A DNA stretch of 64,000 nt, from assembly GCA_026399315.1 (NCBI GenBank), contig JAPLRF010000033.1, positions 16,260-80,259 on the forward strand, given 5' to 3'. Position numbers and translations under genes: made by a program. Within the stretch, counting starts at the first letter, position 1; each line of letters begins with the position of its first letter. A model generated the notes under the pieces. It was not told the origin of the DNA, made no database searches, and saw only the letters and a list, made by a program, of their open reading frames with translations. Shown in pieces: positions 1 to 10,236 of the stretch. The stretch comes from Gammaproteobacteria bacterium. Lineage in GTDB: Bacteria; Pseudomonadota; Gammaproteobacteria; Coxiellales; Coxiellaceae.

Positions 1-2
1 AA

Positions 3-2456
3 TTTCACATCAACACACTAAAAATTGACACGTTATATTTTTCAGACAAAAACAATATACCTAAAAATTGGGATCCAACTTCAATTCAACAGCTGATTTC
101 AGAAATCAAAAAACAAACATTACCTCTTAATATCACGATCGATAAAGCCACTGTTCTCAATAGCGAATTTTTCGACGCTAAAACACAAACACAATTTCGC
201 ATAAAACAGCTATCGCTACACACTCTACTTACCCAAAAAAGGTGGGACACTGAATTTTCAGCGTTAATAGAAAAACCGAAACCTTTTCAAATTCATTTTC
301 AATTAACGGGAAAACCAATAAATTACACCGTTAATTTTGCAATAACAGGTGACAAAACCGACTGGAAATTGATTGGGACAGGCGATCAAAATACAATAAC
401 GCTGCACACACCCAGTAAATTATTTTTAAGTGGCTCCCTTGATGCGGCATTAAACATAGACTGGAAAAATGCTTTTCAATGGAAAGGGAAATTAACCGCA
501 AAAAAAATTAATTTTTCGATGCTTGATCCGCAATGGATACGATATTTATCGTTCAATATTAATAGCGCAGGAAATAACAGCAATCATTTTAATACTGAAA
601 ATGATTTGGATATTAAGACATCAAACGCAGATTTACAACTTGTCATAGCGCATAAAAATACATGGCACATAGAATGGCATTTAGCCATTCACACCCTGAA
701 AGCGTGGCTTGATAAAACGCAAGGTAATTTAGTGTCACATGGAGAAATCAATGGCAATCTTGCTGACCCTCATTTCAATATGGATTTAAAAGGTCGCTTG
801 CACGATGCTGAAAAAATTCGCAAAATAACATTGAATTTAACAGGGGATTTTAATCATCACGTACTGCTTGCTGACATGAGCATACACCGCAACGCCATTC
901 ATCTCGAAATCGACGGCCATGTTAATAAAGACAATCAATGGCTGGGGAAGTTACAACAACTGTCTATTGGCATAAATCGCAAAATCACCTGGCAATTAGA
1001 AAAAACAGCTGCACTTTTTGCTTCTAACAATCAAATTCATCTTGATACTATTTGTTTACGTTCCGGCAAAGCAGGTGATCTTTGTCTTCAAGGGGAATGG
1101 ACCAAGGAAAAAATAGTCGGCTCTGCAAAAATGAATGTCCAGCATTTTGAGTGGCTACAGGATTGGGTGCACAATGTACGCATTCCAACAGGTCAACTTG
1201 TAGCTGAATTAAAGGTGAATGGGACGCTTAAAAAACCCAACATCACCGGAAATATAAATTTAAATAATGGCAGTGTTAATTTTCCACGCTTGAATGTCAC
1301 ATTAAATAAACTCAGCGCCTCCATCACCGGCGACGGAAAAAAATTAAATTTCGACGCGCGTGCTTATTCACAACAAAACCCCCTTAATTTAAAGGGCTAT
1401 GTTGATTTTACGCAAGCCGGACTTCCCACGCTAGCAACATTAACAACCGATAACGCCGTGATTGTGAATACGCCTGAATACAAGGCAACAATTACCTCTA
1501 ATTTAACAGCGAAAATCCAAAGCAGAAATATTGCCATCACAGGTGATATCACGATTCCTTCTGCCACGATCACACCAAACGATTTTCAAAGCACAACGAC
1601 CTTACCTATTGATGACGTGGTATATGTAGGCGAATCTGCACCAAGCGCCCCATTCTGGTCTGTTAATACGAACATTAACGTCAATATTGGCAACGACGTC
1701 AATATCAAGGAAGCCAATATATCTGCAAAATTGGGTGGCTCACTGCATTTGATCCAGGCGCCCAATCAAAGTGATTTATTTGCAAGTGGCGAAATAGCGA
1801 TAGAAAAAGGGACCTTTGATTTGTATGGACAAACACTCACACTTTCACCTGATTCCTATCTCAGCTATACGAATAATTTATTAAACAATCCCAATTTGGA
1901 TGTCAGTGCGAGCAAAGAAATTCAATCAGTCGAAAACATGGGGATTTCCAATTTTTCAGAAAGTAAATTGCAAGTGGGTATTTTACTCCGAGGCTCTGCA
2001 AAATCACCCAAAATTACTTTCTTCTCTAATCGCGCCCGATTATCGCAAGCAGATATTTTATCGTATTTATTGCTGGGTTATGCCAATACAAGCAATACGC
2101 CCGGCAATACAGACTTCTTATTACGCGCCTTGTCAGCCGTCAAAATTTCAAGCCAGGGATTATTGGGCAAGCAAAATATTGCAACACAAATTCAATCGGG
2201 TTTAGGTTTAAATGAAATGGGCGTTGAATCAGACACCACAACTGATGCGCTCGGTAATCCACTTAATCGACAATCTGCTTTTGTTGTCGGCAAAAATCTG
2301 ACACGCAAAATTTATGTTCGCACAAGCATTGGATTGCTTGATCCCGTTAACGTCTATGAATTACGCTATTTATTAGATAATCACTGGACCACGCAAATAA
2401 ATTCCAGTTCATTAGGCGTCGGCGCAGATGTGCTCTACACGACGACGCGAAAATAG
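3..2456 (+). CDS. tamB: TamB (translocation and assembly module subunit B), C-terminal ~818 codons. The 5' end lies outside the window.
   Basis: Frame 3 has no stop from nt 3 up to the listed TTG at 369, so the ORF is cut by the window edge. The C-terminus (SQADILSYLLLG ... VVGKNLTRKIYVRTSIGLLDPVNVYELRYLL ... GADVLYT) matches the DUF490/TamB C-terminal signature as I recall it from E. coli TamB. Confidence 0.8.
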   Translation, partial: FHINTLKIDTLYFSDKNNIPKNWDPTSIQQLISEIKKQTLPLNITIDKATVLNSEFFDAKTQTQFRIKQLSLHTLLTQKRWDTEFSALIEKPKPFQIHFQLTGKPINYTVNFAITGDKTDWKLIGTGDQNTITLHTPSKLFLSGSLDAALNIDWKNAFQWKGKLTAKKINFSMLDPQWIRYLSFNINSAGNNSNHFNTENDLDIKTSNADLQLVIAHKNTWHIEWHLAIHTLKAWLDKTQGNLVSHGEINGNLADPHFNMDLKGRLHDAEKIRKITLNLTGDFNHHVLLADMSIHRNAIHLEIDGHVNKDNQWLGKLQQLSIGINRKITWQLEKTAALFASNNQIHLDTICLRSGKAGDLCLQGEWTKEKIVGSAKMNVQHFEWLQDWVHNVRIPTGQLVAELKVNGTLKKPNITGNINLNNGSVNFPRLNVTLNKLSASITGDGKKLNFDARAYSQQNPLNLKGYVDFTQAGLPTLATLTTDNAVIVNTPEYKATITSNLTAKIQSRNIAITGDITIPSATITPNDFQSTTTLPIDDVVYVGESAPSAPFWSVNTNINVNIGNDVNIKEANISAKLGGSLHLIQAPNQSDLFASGEIAIEKGTFDLYGQTLTLSPDSYLSYTNNLLNNPNLDVSASKEIQSVENMGISNFSESKLQVGILLRGSAKSPKITFFSNRARLSQADILSYLLLGYANTSNTPGNTDFLLRALSAVKISSQGLLGKQNIATQIQSGLGLNEMGVESDTTTDALGNPLNRQSAFVVGKNLTRKIYVRTSIGLLDPVNVYELRYLLDNHWTTQINSSSLGVGADVLYTTTRK

Positions 2457-2475
2457 GATCAGGGACCGATAACTT

Positions 2476-3666
2476 TTATAAAAAAGGCAATAAGAGTAAT
2501 GCCGGCAATCCGATAATCGCCGTGAAAATATAAAAATCAATCCACCCGAAATGCTGCACAATCACAGCAGAAACAGGGCCGATAAAAATTCTACTGAGCG
2601 CCGCCACCGCTGAAAATAGCGCGTATTGTGTTGCGGTATAACGCAAATCACACAAGCCCATCAAATAAACAATCAACGCAACACTTGCTAATGCGCCGCA
2701 AAAATATTCTCCAAAAATCGCAACGCCCATTAAAAGAATATTTTTTCCGACAAAGGCTAACCACGCGTATAATAAATTAGATGACAGTTGCAACAATCCA
2801 AAAATCCACAATGCACGAAAAACACCTAAATAAGGCATTAACAATCCACCAACCACACTGCCCAGCACTGCACCCACAATGCCGGCCATTTTACTGATGG
2901 CGCCAATTTGAATTAAACTGAATCCCATGCCTCGAATTAAAAATGTGGTGTTTAAGGATAAAGCCATCGCATCGCACATTTTATAAAGCATAATAAAAAC
3001 GAGAATTAATACGGCATTTTTTTTCGAAAAAAAGGCGCGCATCGGGGCAATCATCGCTTCTTTCAAACTACTGAGTTCTGATTTTTCAATTTTTGGATTT
3101 GGCGAAATGACAGTAATCCACATTAAGCCTAAAAAACAGGCCGCCATTATTAAATACATCGCGCGCCAACTGATCAGCGCCGCAATAATTAGCGCAAGCG
3201 CACCCGACACCATCATCGCCAATCGATAAGCAACCATATAAACCGAGGTGCCAACCCCCCGCTCTTCTATCGTTAATAATTCCGTACGATAAGCATCAAA
3301 TGCCGTATCTTGTGTTGATGAAAAAAATGCGACAAGCAAAGCTAAAAAAGCCAAGAATAAAGGCGTTTTGGCAGGATGTGAAAATGCCATTATTGCAAAT
3401 GTAGCGGCCAACGCCAACTGCATGAGTAAAATCCAGCTGCGTCGACGGCCATACTTCAAGGGCGTCCAGCGATCCAAAAAAGGCGCCCATAAAAATTTGT
3501 ACGCATAGGGCTGCCCCACTAAGGTCAACCAGCCAATCGTTACCAAGCTTACGCCGGACACGGTGTACCATGCTTGTAATGTCGACCCGATTAATCCAAG
3601 CGGCAGTCCAGATGAAAACCCCAAAAATAAAATAGTGAACATGTGGCGGCTAAAGTACTTTTTCAT
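2476..3666 (-). CDS. ampG: AmpG-type muropeptide MFS permease
   Basis: FLGFSSGLPLGLIGSTLQAWYTVSGVSLVTIGWLTLVGQPYAYKFLWAPFLDRW parallels the E. coli AmpG N-terminus, and the protein is polytopic and hydrophobic throughout. I chose the start at the MKKYF ATG (3664-3666). The 18 extra codons in the ORF track run into a repeat element. Confidence 0.8.
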   Translation of the reverse strand: MKKYFSRHMFTILFLGFSSGLPLGLIGSTLQAWYTVSGVSLVTIGWLTLVGQPYAYKFLWAPFLDRWTPLKYGRRRSWILLMQLALAATFAIMAFSHPAKTPLFLAFLALLVAFFSSTQDTAFDAYRTELLTIEERGVGTSVYMVAYRLAMMVSGALALIIAALISWRAMYLIMAACFLGLMWITVISPNPKIEKSELSSLKEAMIAPMRAFFSKKNAVLILVFIMLYKMCDAMALSLNTTFLIRGMGFSLIQIGAISKMAGIVGAVLGSVVGGLLMPYLGVFRALWIFGLLQLSSNLLYAWLAFVGKNILLMGVAIFGEYFCGALASVALIVYLMGLCDLRYTATQYALFSAVAALSRIFIGPVSAVIVQHFGWIDFYIFTAIIGLPALLLLPFL

Positions 3667-3707
3667 AGATCCCTCTGCTTTAATGCAAAAATTATAACAG
3701 TGAATAG

Positions 3708-3868
3708 GTATCCGCTCCATTTTTCAGAGTGACATCAATATTATTGCTGTTGCTAGAAGTTATCGGGGGTCTGCTGTCAGGGATCAGTATTCGTATTCTG
3801 ACACCGATCTCTGATCTCAGATCCCCGATCACTTTTCAATCAGTGCAATAGATAAAAATATCCGTTAT
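3708..3868. repeat. Interspersed ~160-bp element, 'family D' copy D1, with imperfect terminal inverted repeats (GTATCCGCTCC ... AAATATCCGTTAT)
   Basis: The left half (GTATCCGCTCCATTTTTCAGAGTGACATCAATATTATTGCTGTTGC...) recurs inverted at 59931-60007. The right half (..GATCAGTATTCGTATTCTGACACCGATC..CCGATCACTTTTCAATCAGTGCAATA) recurs at 40380-40505, 54719-54899 and 59578-59674. Confidence 0.7.
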
Positions 3869-3903
3869 TATTCGACCATAATCTACACTGTCAGAGAATA
3901 GTC

Positions 3904-5304
3904 ATGGAAATTAGCGTATTCGATTTGTTTTCAATCGGCATTGGTCCTTCCAGCTCGCATACGGTTGGACCGATGCGTGCCGCTTATGATTTTATAAAAC
4001 AACATTCTGCGGACGAATTAAATGAAATCACGCGCATTACTGCACGATTACACGGCTCACTTGCTTTTACGGGAATTGGCCACGGCACCAACAAAGCAAT
4101 CTTAATGGGATTTTGTGGCGAACTTCCAGAATCTATTGATCCTTTTACCATCGATTCACGCGTTGAAACAATTTGCGAATCTAAAAAAATAAATATATTC
4201 GGAAAAAATAATATTAATTTCAATAACGAAAAAAATATTGTATTTGATTACGAAAACTTATTGCCACACCATTCTAATGGCATGACCTTCACATCATTTG
4301 ATCAGAATGAAAAAATAATCCATCAAGCCATTTATTATTCTGTTGGCGGCGGATTTATTGTGTCAGAAAAACAGCTGCAAAATCCCGCTGAAATTGCATC
4401 ACACACATTACCCTATCAATTTGATTCTGCCGCTGAATTATTAATACATTGTAAAAAATTAAATTGCACTATCGCTGAATTAATGATGAAAAATGAATTA
4501 TCCTGGCGTGATGAAAAAACGATAAAAGAAAAATTAATGCGGATTGCTGATACGATGGCTGAGAGCATTAACAATGGCTGTATTACGGCAGAAACTATTT
4601 TACCAGGCGGATTAAAAGTAAAACGGCGTGCACCCAAGTTATACGAGAAATTAATGAAGGCAGGTGATGCCAAAATGCAAGGCATCTTGTTAATGGAATG
4701 GTTGGATTTATATGCCATTGCCGTGAATGAGGAAAATGCCGCGGGTCATCGCATTGTGACAGCGCCAACGAATGGCGCTGCAGGTATTATTCCATCTGTA
4801 TTAGAGTATTTAAAAGTATTTTATTTAAAAAGCGCGGAAGCGGAGGCTTGCTTGCAAACCGCGCAAAACAAAATTTGTGATTTTTTATTAACCGCCGCAG
4901 CCATTGGTATTTTATACAAAAAAAACGCCTCGATTTCAGGTGCGGAAATGGGTTGTCAGGGGGAGGTCGGCGTTGCCTGCTCAATGGCAGCAGCAGCATT
5001 AACTGCTGTTTTAGGCGGCAGCATTTACCAAGTTGAAAATGCCGCTGAAATTGGAATGGAACATAACTTAGGCCTAACTTGTGATCCAGTTAAAGGACTA
5101 GTACAGATTCCTTGCATCGAAAGAAATGCCATGGGCGCCGTCAAGGCGGTTAATGCAACACAATTGGCGCTTGCTGGAGATGGCGAGCATAAAGTGTCAC
5201 TCGACATGGTTATTAACACGATGCGAGAAATTGGTAATAATATGAGTACAAAATACAAAGAAACTTCTTTGGGTGGTTTGGCTGTCAATGTGATTGAGTG
5301 TTGA
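3904..5304 (+). CDS. sdaA: L-serine dehydratase (iron-sulfur, single-chain)
   Basis: [70 protein letters not shown] and [21 protein letters not shown] are collinear with E. coli SdaA. Confidence 0.9.
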   Translation: MEISVFDLFSIGIGPSSSHTVGPMRAAYDFIKQHSADELNEITRITARLHGSLAFTGIGHGTNKAILMGFCGELPESIDPFTIDSRVETICESKKINIFGKNNINFNNEKNIVFDYENLLPHHSNGMTFTSFDQNEKIIHQAIYYSVGGGFIVSEKQLQNPAEIASHTLPYQFDSAAELLIHCKKLNCTIAELMMKNELSWRDEKTIKEKLMRIADTMAESINNGCITAETILPGGLKVKRRAPKLYEKLMKAGDAKMQGILLMEWLDLYAIAVNEENAAGHRIVTAPTNGAAGIIPSVLEYLKVFYLKSAEAEACLQTAQNKICDFLLTAAAIGILYKKNASISGAEMGCQGEVGVACSMAAAALTAVLGGSIYQVENAAEIGMEHNLGLTCDPVKGLVQIPCIERNAMGAVKAVNATQLALAGDGEHKVSLDMVINTMREIGNNMSTKYKETSLGGLAVNVIEC

Positions 5305-5312
5305 GAAATAAA

Positions 5313-8300
5313 ATGACGATTATAAAAATAGCTATAAAGATAGATGAAGAAGAAAAAGAATGGTTATTAGATAATGAAGCGCTGACAAACGCATCTACAA
5401 ACTATCTAGATTTGGGTATCGGTGGTGATGAGGGCAATTTACGCGTAATGGGTTTTCGCTCATATCATCATAAAATCACTCAAGAACTTAACAAAGACCC
5501 TCGCGGCATAAATAATATCCGTGATTTCATACTGCTTATTTGCACCGTTGTTTTTAGAAGTGCGTTTATTAGCAATCAATTCGGGGAAATGATACTTCAA
5601 CATTTAAATCTTCATAGGAATGAACTAGGAGAAATTCAGTCAGCACTTGAAATAACAGATGAGGCCTGCGGGAAATTGGAAGCCATATTAAGAATGCCGC
5701 TAGATAAAGACGGCATTGTTTCCGCCATTGGCAATAAAAACAATATTAGAGCTGCTCCTTTTTTCAAGAGATTGGTCAACTTTCTAGAAAGATATCCTTT
5801 TCAAGCAGAAAGACCGTGCAATGAAAAAAAAGCCACCATTAACTTATTAGAAAAACTAAATCAACTGCAAAGATCTGAAACACCCAATGCGCTCACTCCT
5901 ATTTCTCTGCTAAGTGATCCTGAGTACGAAAGATCAAACATTATCGACCAAGCCAAGGTTAACCAAATGATAGCGACGTATATGCTAGCCTTGTTTAAAG
6001 TCACGTCATCTTCATTTCAAAACACACTCTTAAGCAACATGGGAGTTACTCATGACGCCTTAATTGTGATTGAAAAAGCATACCGCGACATTTTAAGTAA
6101 TGAAAATGATTCTTATGTATTACAGAACAGCATTGATTTATCAGCAGCATTAACAGCTGACATTGAGAAAAAATACAGTATGCTATTATTTAAAAATTAC
6201 CCTCATATTATACCAAAGCAATTTACCGCATCACTTTACGCCGTTAAATATTATTTATCTGAATGCGCCGACAGCATTGGGAAGTTTGGAAAGCACGACC
6301 GGGCCGGTTACATTCGCGCAAGTCATTTGGAGTTTTTTTTATTGGCTATGAAATTAAAATTGGAATCCCATACGCCAGAATCAAATCCACTTACTATGCA
6401 CCATGATGATTCAAAAGAATTTTACACGCTCATTTTCGCGCTTGTCTTTAAATCAGGGTCAACAGATCTCAAAACAAGAATTATATGGGCACTTGGCTTA
6501 AATGAATATCAATTAAAAAATCTACAAACGGAATTAAAGGTCGAAGATGCAGCCATTCTTCATTGCGCTGAAAAATTAAATAAATCATTTATGCCGATAA
6601 ATAATGTTGAATGGATTGCATTTAAGAAAAAACTGGTTTTGGGTGTCAATAATTACAGATCAACACATTCTGGCGGTAAGGCTGGCAAAACAAGGGCTAA
6701 TCATTTCAATGCAGCCTTAAATAATATTAAATTTGAAAACAGCGTGACAATCGGGCAAGACGAAGGCCGTGATTTATTGAAGCTTATTTATTTGCTTATT
6801 CTGCACACCAACTTAAATTTCAAGAAAAAATTTAGAGATTGCCTATTAAATGAAATTTTATGGACAGTGAATCAAGTGAAAACCTTGCCAGATTTCTATC
6901 CCTTGTTATGTGGTGATTTCCGAAATTTAAGCAAAGCCGATGCAGATAAAATTTTTACCGACTGGAAACCAAAAAGAGATGCCAGTAATTTTTTATTGGC
7001 AAAAGAAGAAGAACAAATCCAAATTAGCAAATGTGATATTGAAAAATTAAAAGAACAACTGTTACTTGCCATTACTGCATTTCAAAAATCAGACCTGGGC
7101 AATAATGAAGAAAAAGTAATTGCCCATAACCTAAAGATGAAAATTAATGCGCTAATTGAAATTTCATCACATGAAGAAAGAGCAACCCTCGTTTTATATG
7201 CAACTTACTCAATCGCAACGGTTGGCGTAGAAAATTTACAAGAAGCCATTTTAGATTTTATTTCTGTTGCACCGCTTAAGATTGAAAAAAAAGAATTACA
7301 TACTTTAAGACAACAATATGGCTTGCCGAATTCATGCTATCGTGAATTAAAAGAAATACTAATTGAAAAACACACCAGTTCAACGAGAAAACCAAGAGAA
7401 TGCCTCGACGAAAGGGAATTGGAAGATGCCGGCATAAATCCAAGCAGCGTGCGTTCCTGTCACCAAGAATTAAATGATGAAGATCAGGCGCAAGAAAATG
7501 TAGAGAGATTTTCAGTTGGAATGTCAGTTGCAGCAGATCGCTACCTGATTACAGAACGCGGTGGCATCAGTGGTGTTGGCGAAATGCGTGCTTATTATCT
7601 CAAAAAATCTATAGGAGAAGTCACTCATTCTTCCCTATCTGCCATTGAAAAAGAAACATTATTAATTCACATTATGCTGGCGGTTGTTTTATACGCTGAA
7701 CCAAAATCAACCGTGTTGCGCAATAAAATATTAACTCATGTTGGCATTAGCCTTTCGTCAGTTTCAGCACTGGAAGTGAAGTATCCCCATTCAAAACAAA
7801 CAGCCATTCAAATTCAAAAAAAATTAATTTCATGGGATGAATTGAGTTTTCAACAACCATTTTTCACACATAATCCACCTAGTTTAGCTGAATTTCAAAT
7901 GAGCATGCCGATTAATTTAAATCGCAGTGTTTTTTGGAGAACATCGACTGCACCACAATGCGACATTATCGCTAATCATAATCAATTTAAAAAAGCTATT
8001 TTAGATGCTGTTTCAATTTATTTAATTGGGAATGAGGAAGGGGTCAAAACGATTTATACAGCCATCAACAATAACATCTCTTTCGATAAAAAATTAACCG
8101 GCGTATTAAAATCGCTTATTTTGATTGAAATGATTAACCAAATTGGGAATACAAACAATCTAATCGAAAAGAAAAAATTAATTTTATTCGCTTGTTCGTT
8201 TGTTCTATTTGCTAAATCTATTGGATTAAAGGATAAGATCATTGCACAAACAAATATTACCGAGCCACAGTTCCAGGAATTAAAAAATGCGTGGGGCTTA

Positions 8301-8429
8301 AGTGAGAGCGAATGCAAAAATCAAGCCGCTGCATTTGAAAAAAGAGAAACGCTGCAGAAAATAGTAGCCGATAAAAATGCTGGATTAATGCATCTCCAAG
8401 CCCTTGCTGCCAGTGTGGCATTGCGATGA
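5313..8429 (+). CDS. Large orphan protein (~1,038 aa), alpha-helical, built from divergent internal repeats
   Basis: Long uninterrupted ORF. I prefer the ATG at 5313, because the TTG at 5298 overlaps the sdaA stop. I recognise no family. It is more AT-rich than the flanking core genes. Confidence 0.6.
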   Translation: MTIIKIAIKIDEEEKEWLLDNEALTNASTNYLDLGIGGDEGNLRVMGFRSYHHKITQELNKDPRGINNIRDFILLICTVVFRSAFISNQFGEMILQHLNLHRNELGEIQSALEITDEACGKLEAILRMPLDKDGIVSAIGNKNNIRAAPFFKRLVNFLERYPFQAERPCNEKKATINLLEKLNQLQRSETPNALTPISLLSDPEYERSNIIDQAKVNQMIATYMLALFKVTSSSFQNTLLSNMGVTHDALIVIEKAYRDILSNENDSYVLQNSIDLSAALTADIEKKYSMLLFKNYPHIIPKQFTASLYAVKYYLSECADSIGKFGKHDRAGYIRASHLEFFLLAMKLKLESHTPESNPLTMHHDDSKEFYTLIFALVFKSGSTDLKTRIIWALGLNEYQLKNLQTELKVEDAAILHCAEKLNKSFMPINNVEWIAFKKKLVLGVNNYRSTHSGGKAGKTRANHFNAALNNIKFENSVTIGQDEGRDLLKLIYLLILHTNLNFKKKFRDCLLNEILWTVNQVKTLPDFYPLLCGDFRNLSKADADKIFTDWKPKRDASNFLLAKEEEQIQISKCDIEKLKEQLLLAITAFQKSDLGNNEEKVIAHNLKMKINALIEISSHEERATLVLYATYSIATVGVENLQEAILDFISVAPLKIEKKELHTLRQQYGLPNSCYRELKEILIEKHTSSTRKPRECLDERELEDAGINPSSVRSCHQELNDEDQAQENVERFSVGMSVAADRYLITERGGISGVGEMRAYYLKKSIGEVTHSSLSAIEKETLLIHIMLAVVLYAEPKSTVLRNKILTHVGISLSSVSALEVKYPHSKQTAIQIQKKLISWDELSFQQPFFTHNPPSLAEFQMSMPINLNRSVFWRTSTAPQCDIIANHNQFKKAILDAVSIYLIGNEEGVKTIYTAINNNISFDKKLTGVLKSLILIEMINQIGNTNNLIEKKKLILFACSFVLFAKSIGLKDKIIAQTNITEPQFQELKNAWGLSESECKNQAAAFEKRETLQKIVADKNAGLMHLQALAASVALR

Positions 8430-8618
8430 AAGGCGATCGGAAGTCGCACGAAGCGCAGCGCTTCCAATGGATTCATTGTGCGGGTAACGTAATGGGTTTT
8501 ACCGAATATTAAATACCAGCAATCTTATCTTCATGATTCATAATGCTTTTCTTAAGCGTACAGATTCGCTATGATATCGATGTTCGTAAATTTTTTCACA
8601 ACCAAAAGGAGTATTCGC

Positions 8619-8774
8619 GTGAAAAATAACCATGATGACGAAGCGCTCGCAGTGATTGAGAGCCTCGAAGAAGATGAGAATGCAGGATGCCAAGTAAGGC
8701 GCAAGATCGAGGACTATCTTGAACGAAAACGCGATAAAGACGAACTGGGCGAGCTCAGTGAGATTACGGAGTAA
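8619..8774 (+). CDS. Small acidic protein (51 aa) with an RRKIEDYLERKRDKDELGEL motif
   Basis: GTG start at 8619, preceded by AAAGGAG 7 nt upstream. The motif resembles a small conserved gammaproteobacterial family (PA3496-like), recalled from memory only. It is in frame with the longer ORF listed at 8571. Confidence 0.4.
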   Translation: MKNNHDDEALAVIESLEEDENAGCQVRRKIEDYLERKRDKDELGELSEITE

Positions 8775-8889
8775 CGTCGGAACTCGGGGTCTGGAGATGT
8801 TATCAATATTGTCAGACCCCAACCGAGCAACAGAACCTGATCACAAAAATAGAGCATGGTTCAAAAACCGCCCATTTTAGGTTACGAAT

Positions 8890-8914
8890 GACGCGACAAA
8901 TCGCGTCGCTTCTT
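8890..8914 (+). terminator. Possible intrinsic terminator hairpin
   Basis: GACGCGA-CAAA-TCGCGTC followed by GCTTCTT. The stem is 7 bp and perfect, but the T tract is weak. Confidence 0.3.
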
Positions 8915-9216
8915 AAAAAATTAACGACGTACTTTTTATTTTACAATTTACGATTATTTTTATTTAAGCGGCGCGCTTAAATCGTTCGACCCCAAGTATT
9001 TCTAACCATCGGGCAAACCCCATTTTTTTATTGGCGTAAAATACGAATTATATCAGTTGGAGCTGACCACATTATGGATTTTGAGATGATTGACGGCGGT
9101 CAACAGGGGTGGAAATCAAGTTTTTGAGTGTAACCCGGGTTTGAACCGGGCCCAAAAAAGTAACCAGTGAATAAGTTGCTTATCATGAAGATACACCTAT
9201 TAGGGAGATACACGGA

Positions 9217-9531
9217 TCATTTCTTTTCTTCGGGTTTTTCTTCGGTAGCTTGCTCAACTGCTTTTTCAGCCTTTTTCTCCGCGCGCAATATTTCAATATC
9301 TTTAAATGCAGCGTTTAATAATTCATTTGTCTTTTCTAAATTTCTAACCTGTTCTTGTTGTGCATTCGTCATCTGTTTTATCAATGTTGCAATTTGCGCA
9401 ATTTTCACACCCAACGCATCATCAGGATCAACATCAGGCGTGCTGCCGCCAGGGTTGATCATGGACTTCAAACTGCCCATTAACCCCCCTGCGCTTTCTT
9501 TCAATTTGTTCATGTCAAATTTGTCTACCAT
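9217..9531 (-). CDS. Hypothetical 104-aa coiled-coil protein with a Lys/Glu-rich tail
   Basis: ATG preceded by GAGGGGGAG. The composition is sensible, unlike the antisense ORF 9167-9553, which is Cys/Phe/Ser-rich. Confidence 0.5.
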   Translation of the reverse strand: MVDKFDMNKLKESAGGLMGSLKSMINPGGSTPDVDPDDALGVKIAQIATLIKQMTNAQQEQVRNLEKTNELLNAAFKDIEILRAEKKAEKAVEQATEEKPEEKK

Positions 9532-9645
9532 AGCGCTCCCCCTCGAACCTTAATGAACATTATAGCAAGAAATTCAAGAAAATTGACTTACAGACGCTAA
9601 CTTGTTAAAACTATTGCACATTCAACAACACAGAAACACTATTTC

Positions 9646-10236
9646 ATGCGCACTCCAGTCATCGATATTGATGCTTTCAGCAAAAAATTCAGCTACATTA
9701 CGCTTGTTAGCAAGGAAGCTAAAACACGCTTTGGGCGATTTTTAATGGCCTTTAAAAACACTGAATTAACGAAAGCATTAACGCAAATCGCAATGACACT
9801 ACAATTTGAAATAAAAAAAGCGCAGTCAAATAAATCTTTTCTGGAAGCGATTGACAAAGCCTTGAAAAATGCTTGCATGGAGAGGTGGGAAGCTTTTGAA
9901 AAAAAGAATCCGAATGATTCAGAGATATTAAAATTATATTATTATATGAACACCCACAACCACATATCATTATCACCAGGACGATTTGAAAAAGAAATTA
10001 TCCGCTGCTTAACACTCGCGCGCGAATCACTGAACACACAGCAAACGATACTGAATTTGCAAAACGCTTGCACCATTGATAACGCTGATATACGCCGCAT
10101 CAATCAATTAATAGAACAAGCGAAAAATCCAAACACAATACAAATCATTGATCGCATTGTTCCTGGCGCAACAAATGCAAACGAAGCAAGAACATCCGGA
10201 TTAGGCTTGCTAGAGAAAAATCCCTTCGACATGTAA
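9646..10236 (+). CDS. Hypothetical 196-aa protein
   Basis: ORF only; AT-rich. Its 3' end overlaps the 3' end of recJ by 27 nt (convergent). Confidence 0.45.
   Translation: MRTPVIDIDAFSKKFSYITLVSKEAKTRFGRFLMAFKNTELTKALTQIAMTLQFEIKKAQSNKSFLEAIDKALKNACMERWEAFEKKNPNDSEILKLYYYMNTHNHISLSPGRFEKEIIRCLTLARESLNTQQTILNLQNACTIDNADIRRINQLIEQAKNPNTIQIIDRIVPGATNANEARTSGLGLLEKNPFDM

Noticed and set aside
5298-5312. TTG start listed for the 1,043-aa ORF, and similarly TTG 15186, GTG 60188, and ATG/TTG extensions at 3720, 18350, 31697, 53930, 55978 and 59380
   Set aside because: Downstream ATGs fit homologue N-termini or ribosome-binding sites better. The extensions also overlap upstream genes, repeats or predicted promoters.
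9167-9553. 128-aa plus-strand ORF overlapping 9217-9531
   Set aside because: It gives a Cys/Phe/Ser-rich translation. The minus-strand partner has an ATG with a strong GAGGGGGAG ribosome-binding site and a plausible coiled-coil sequence.
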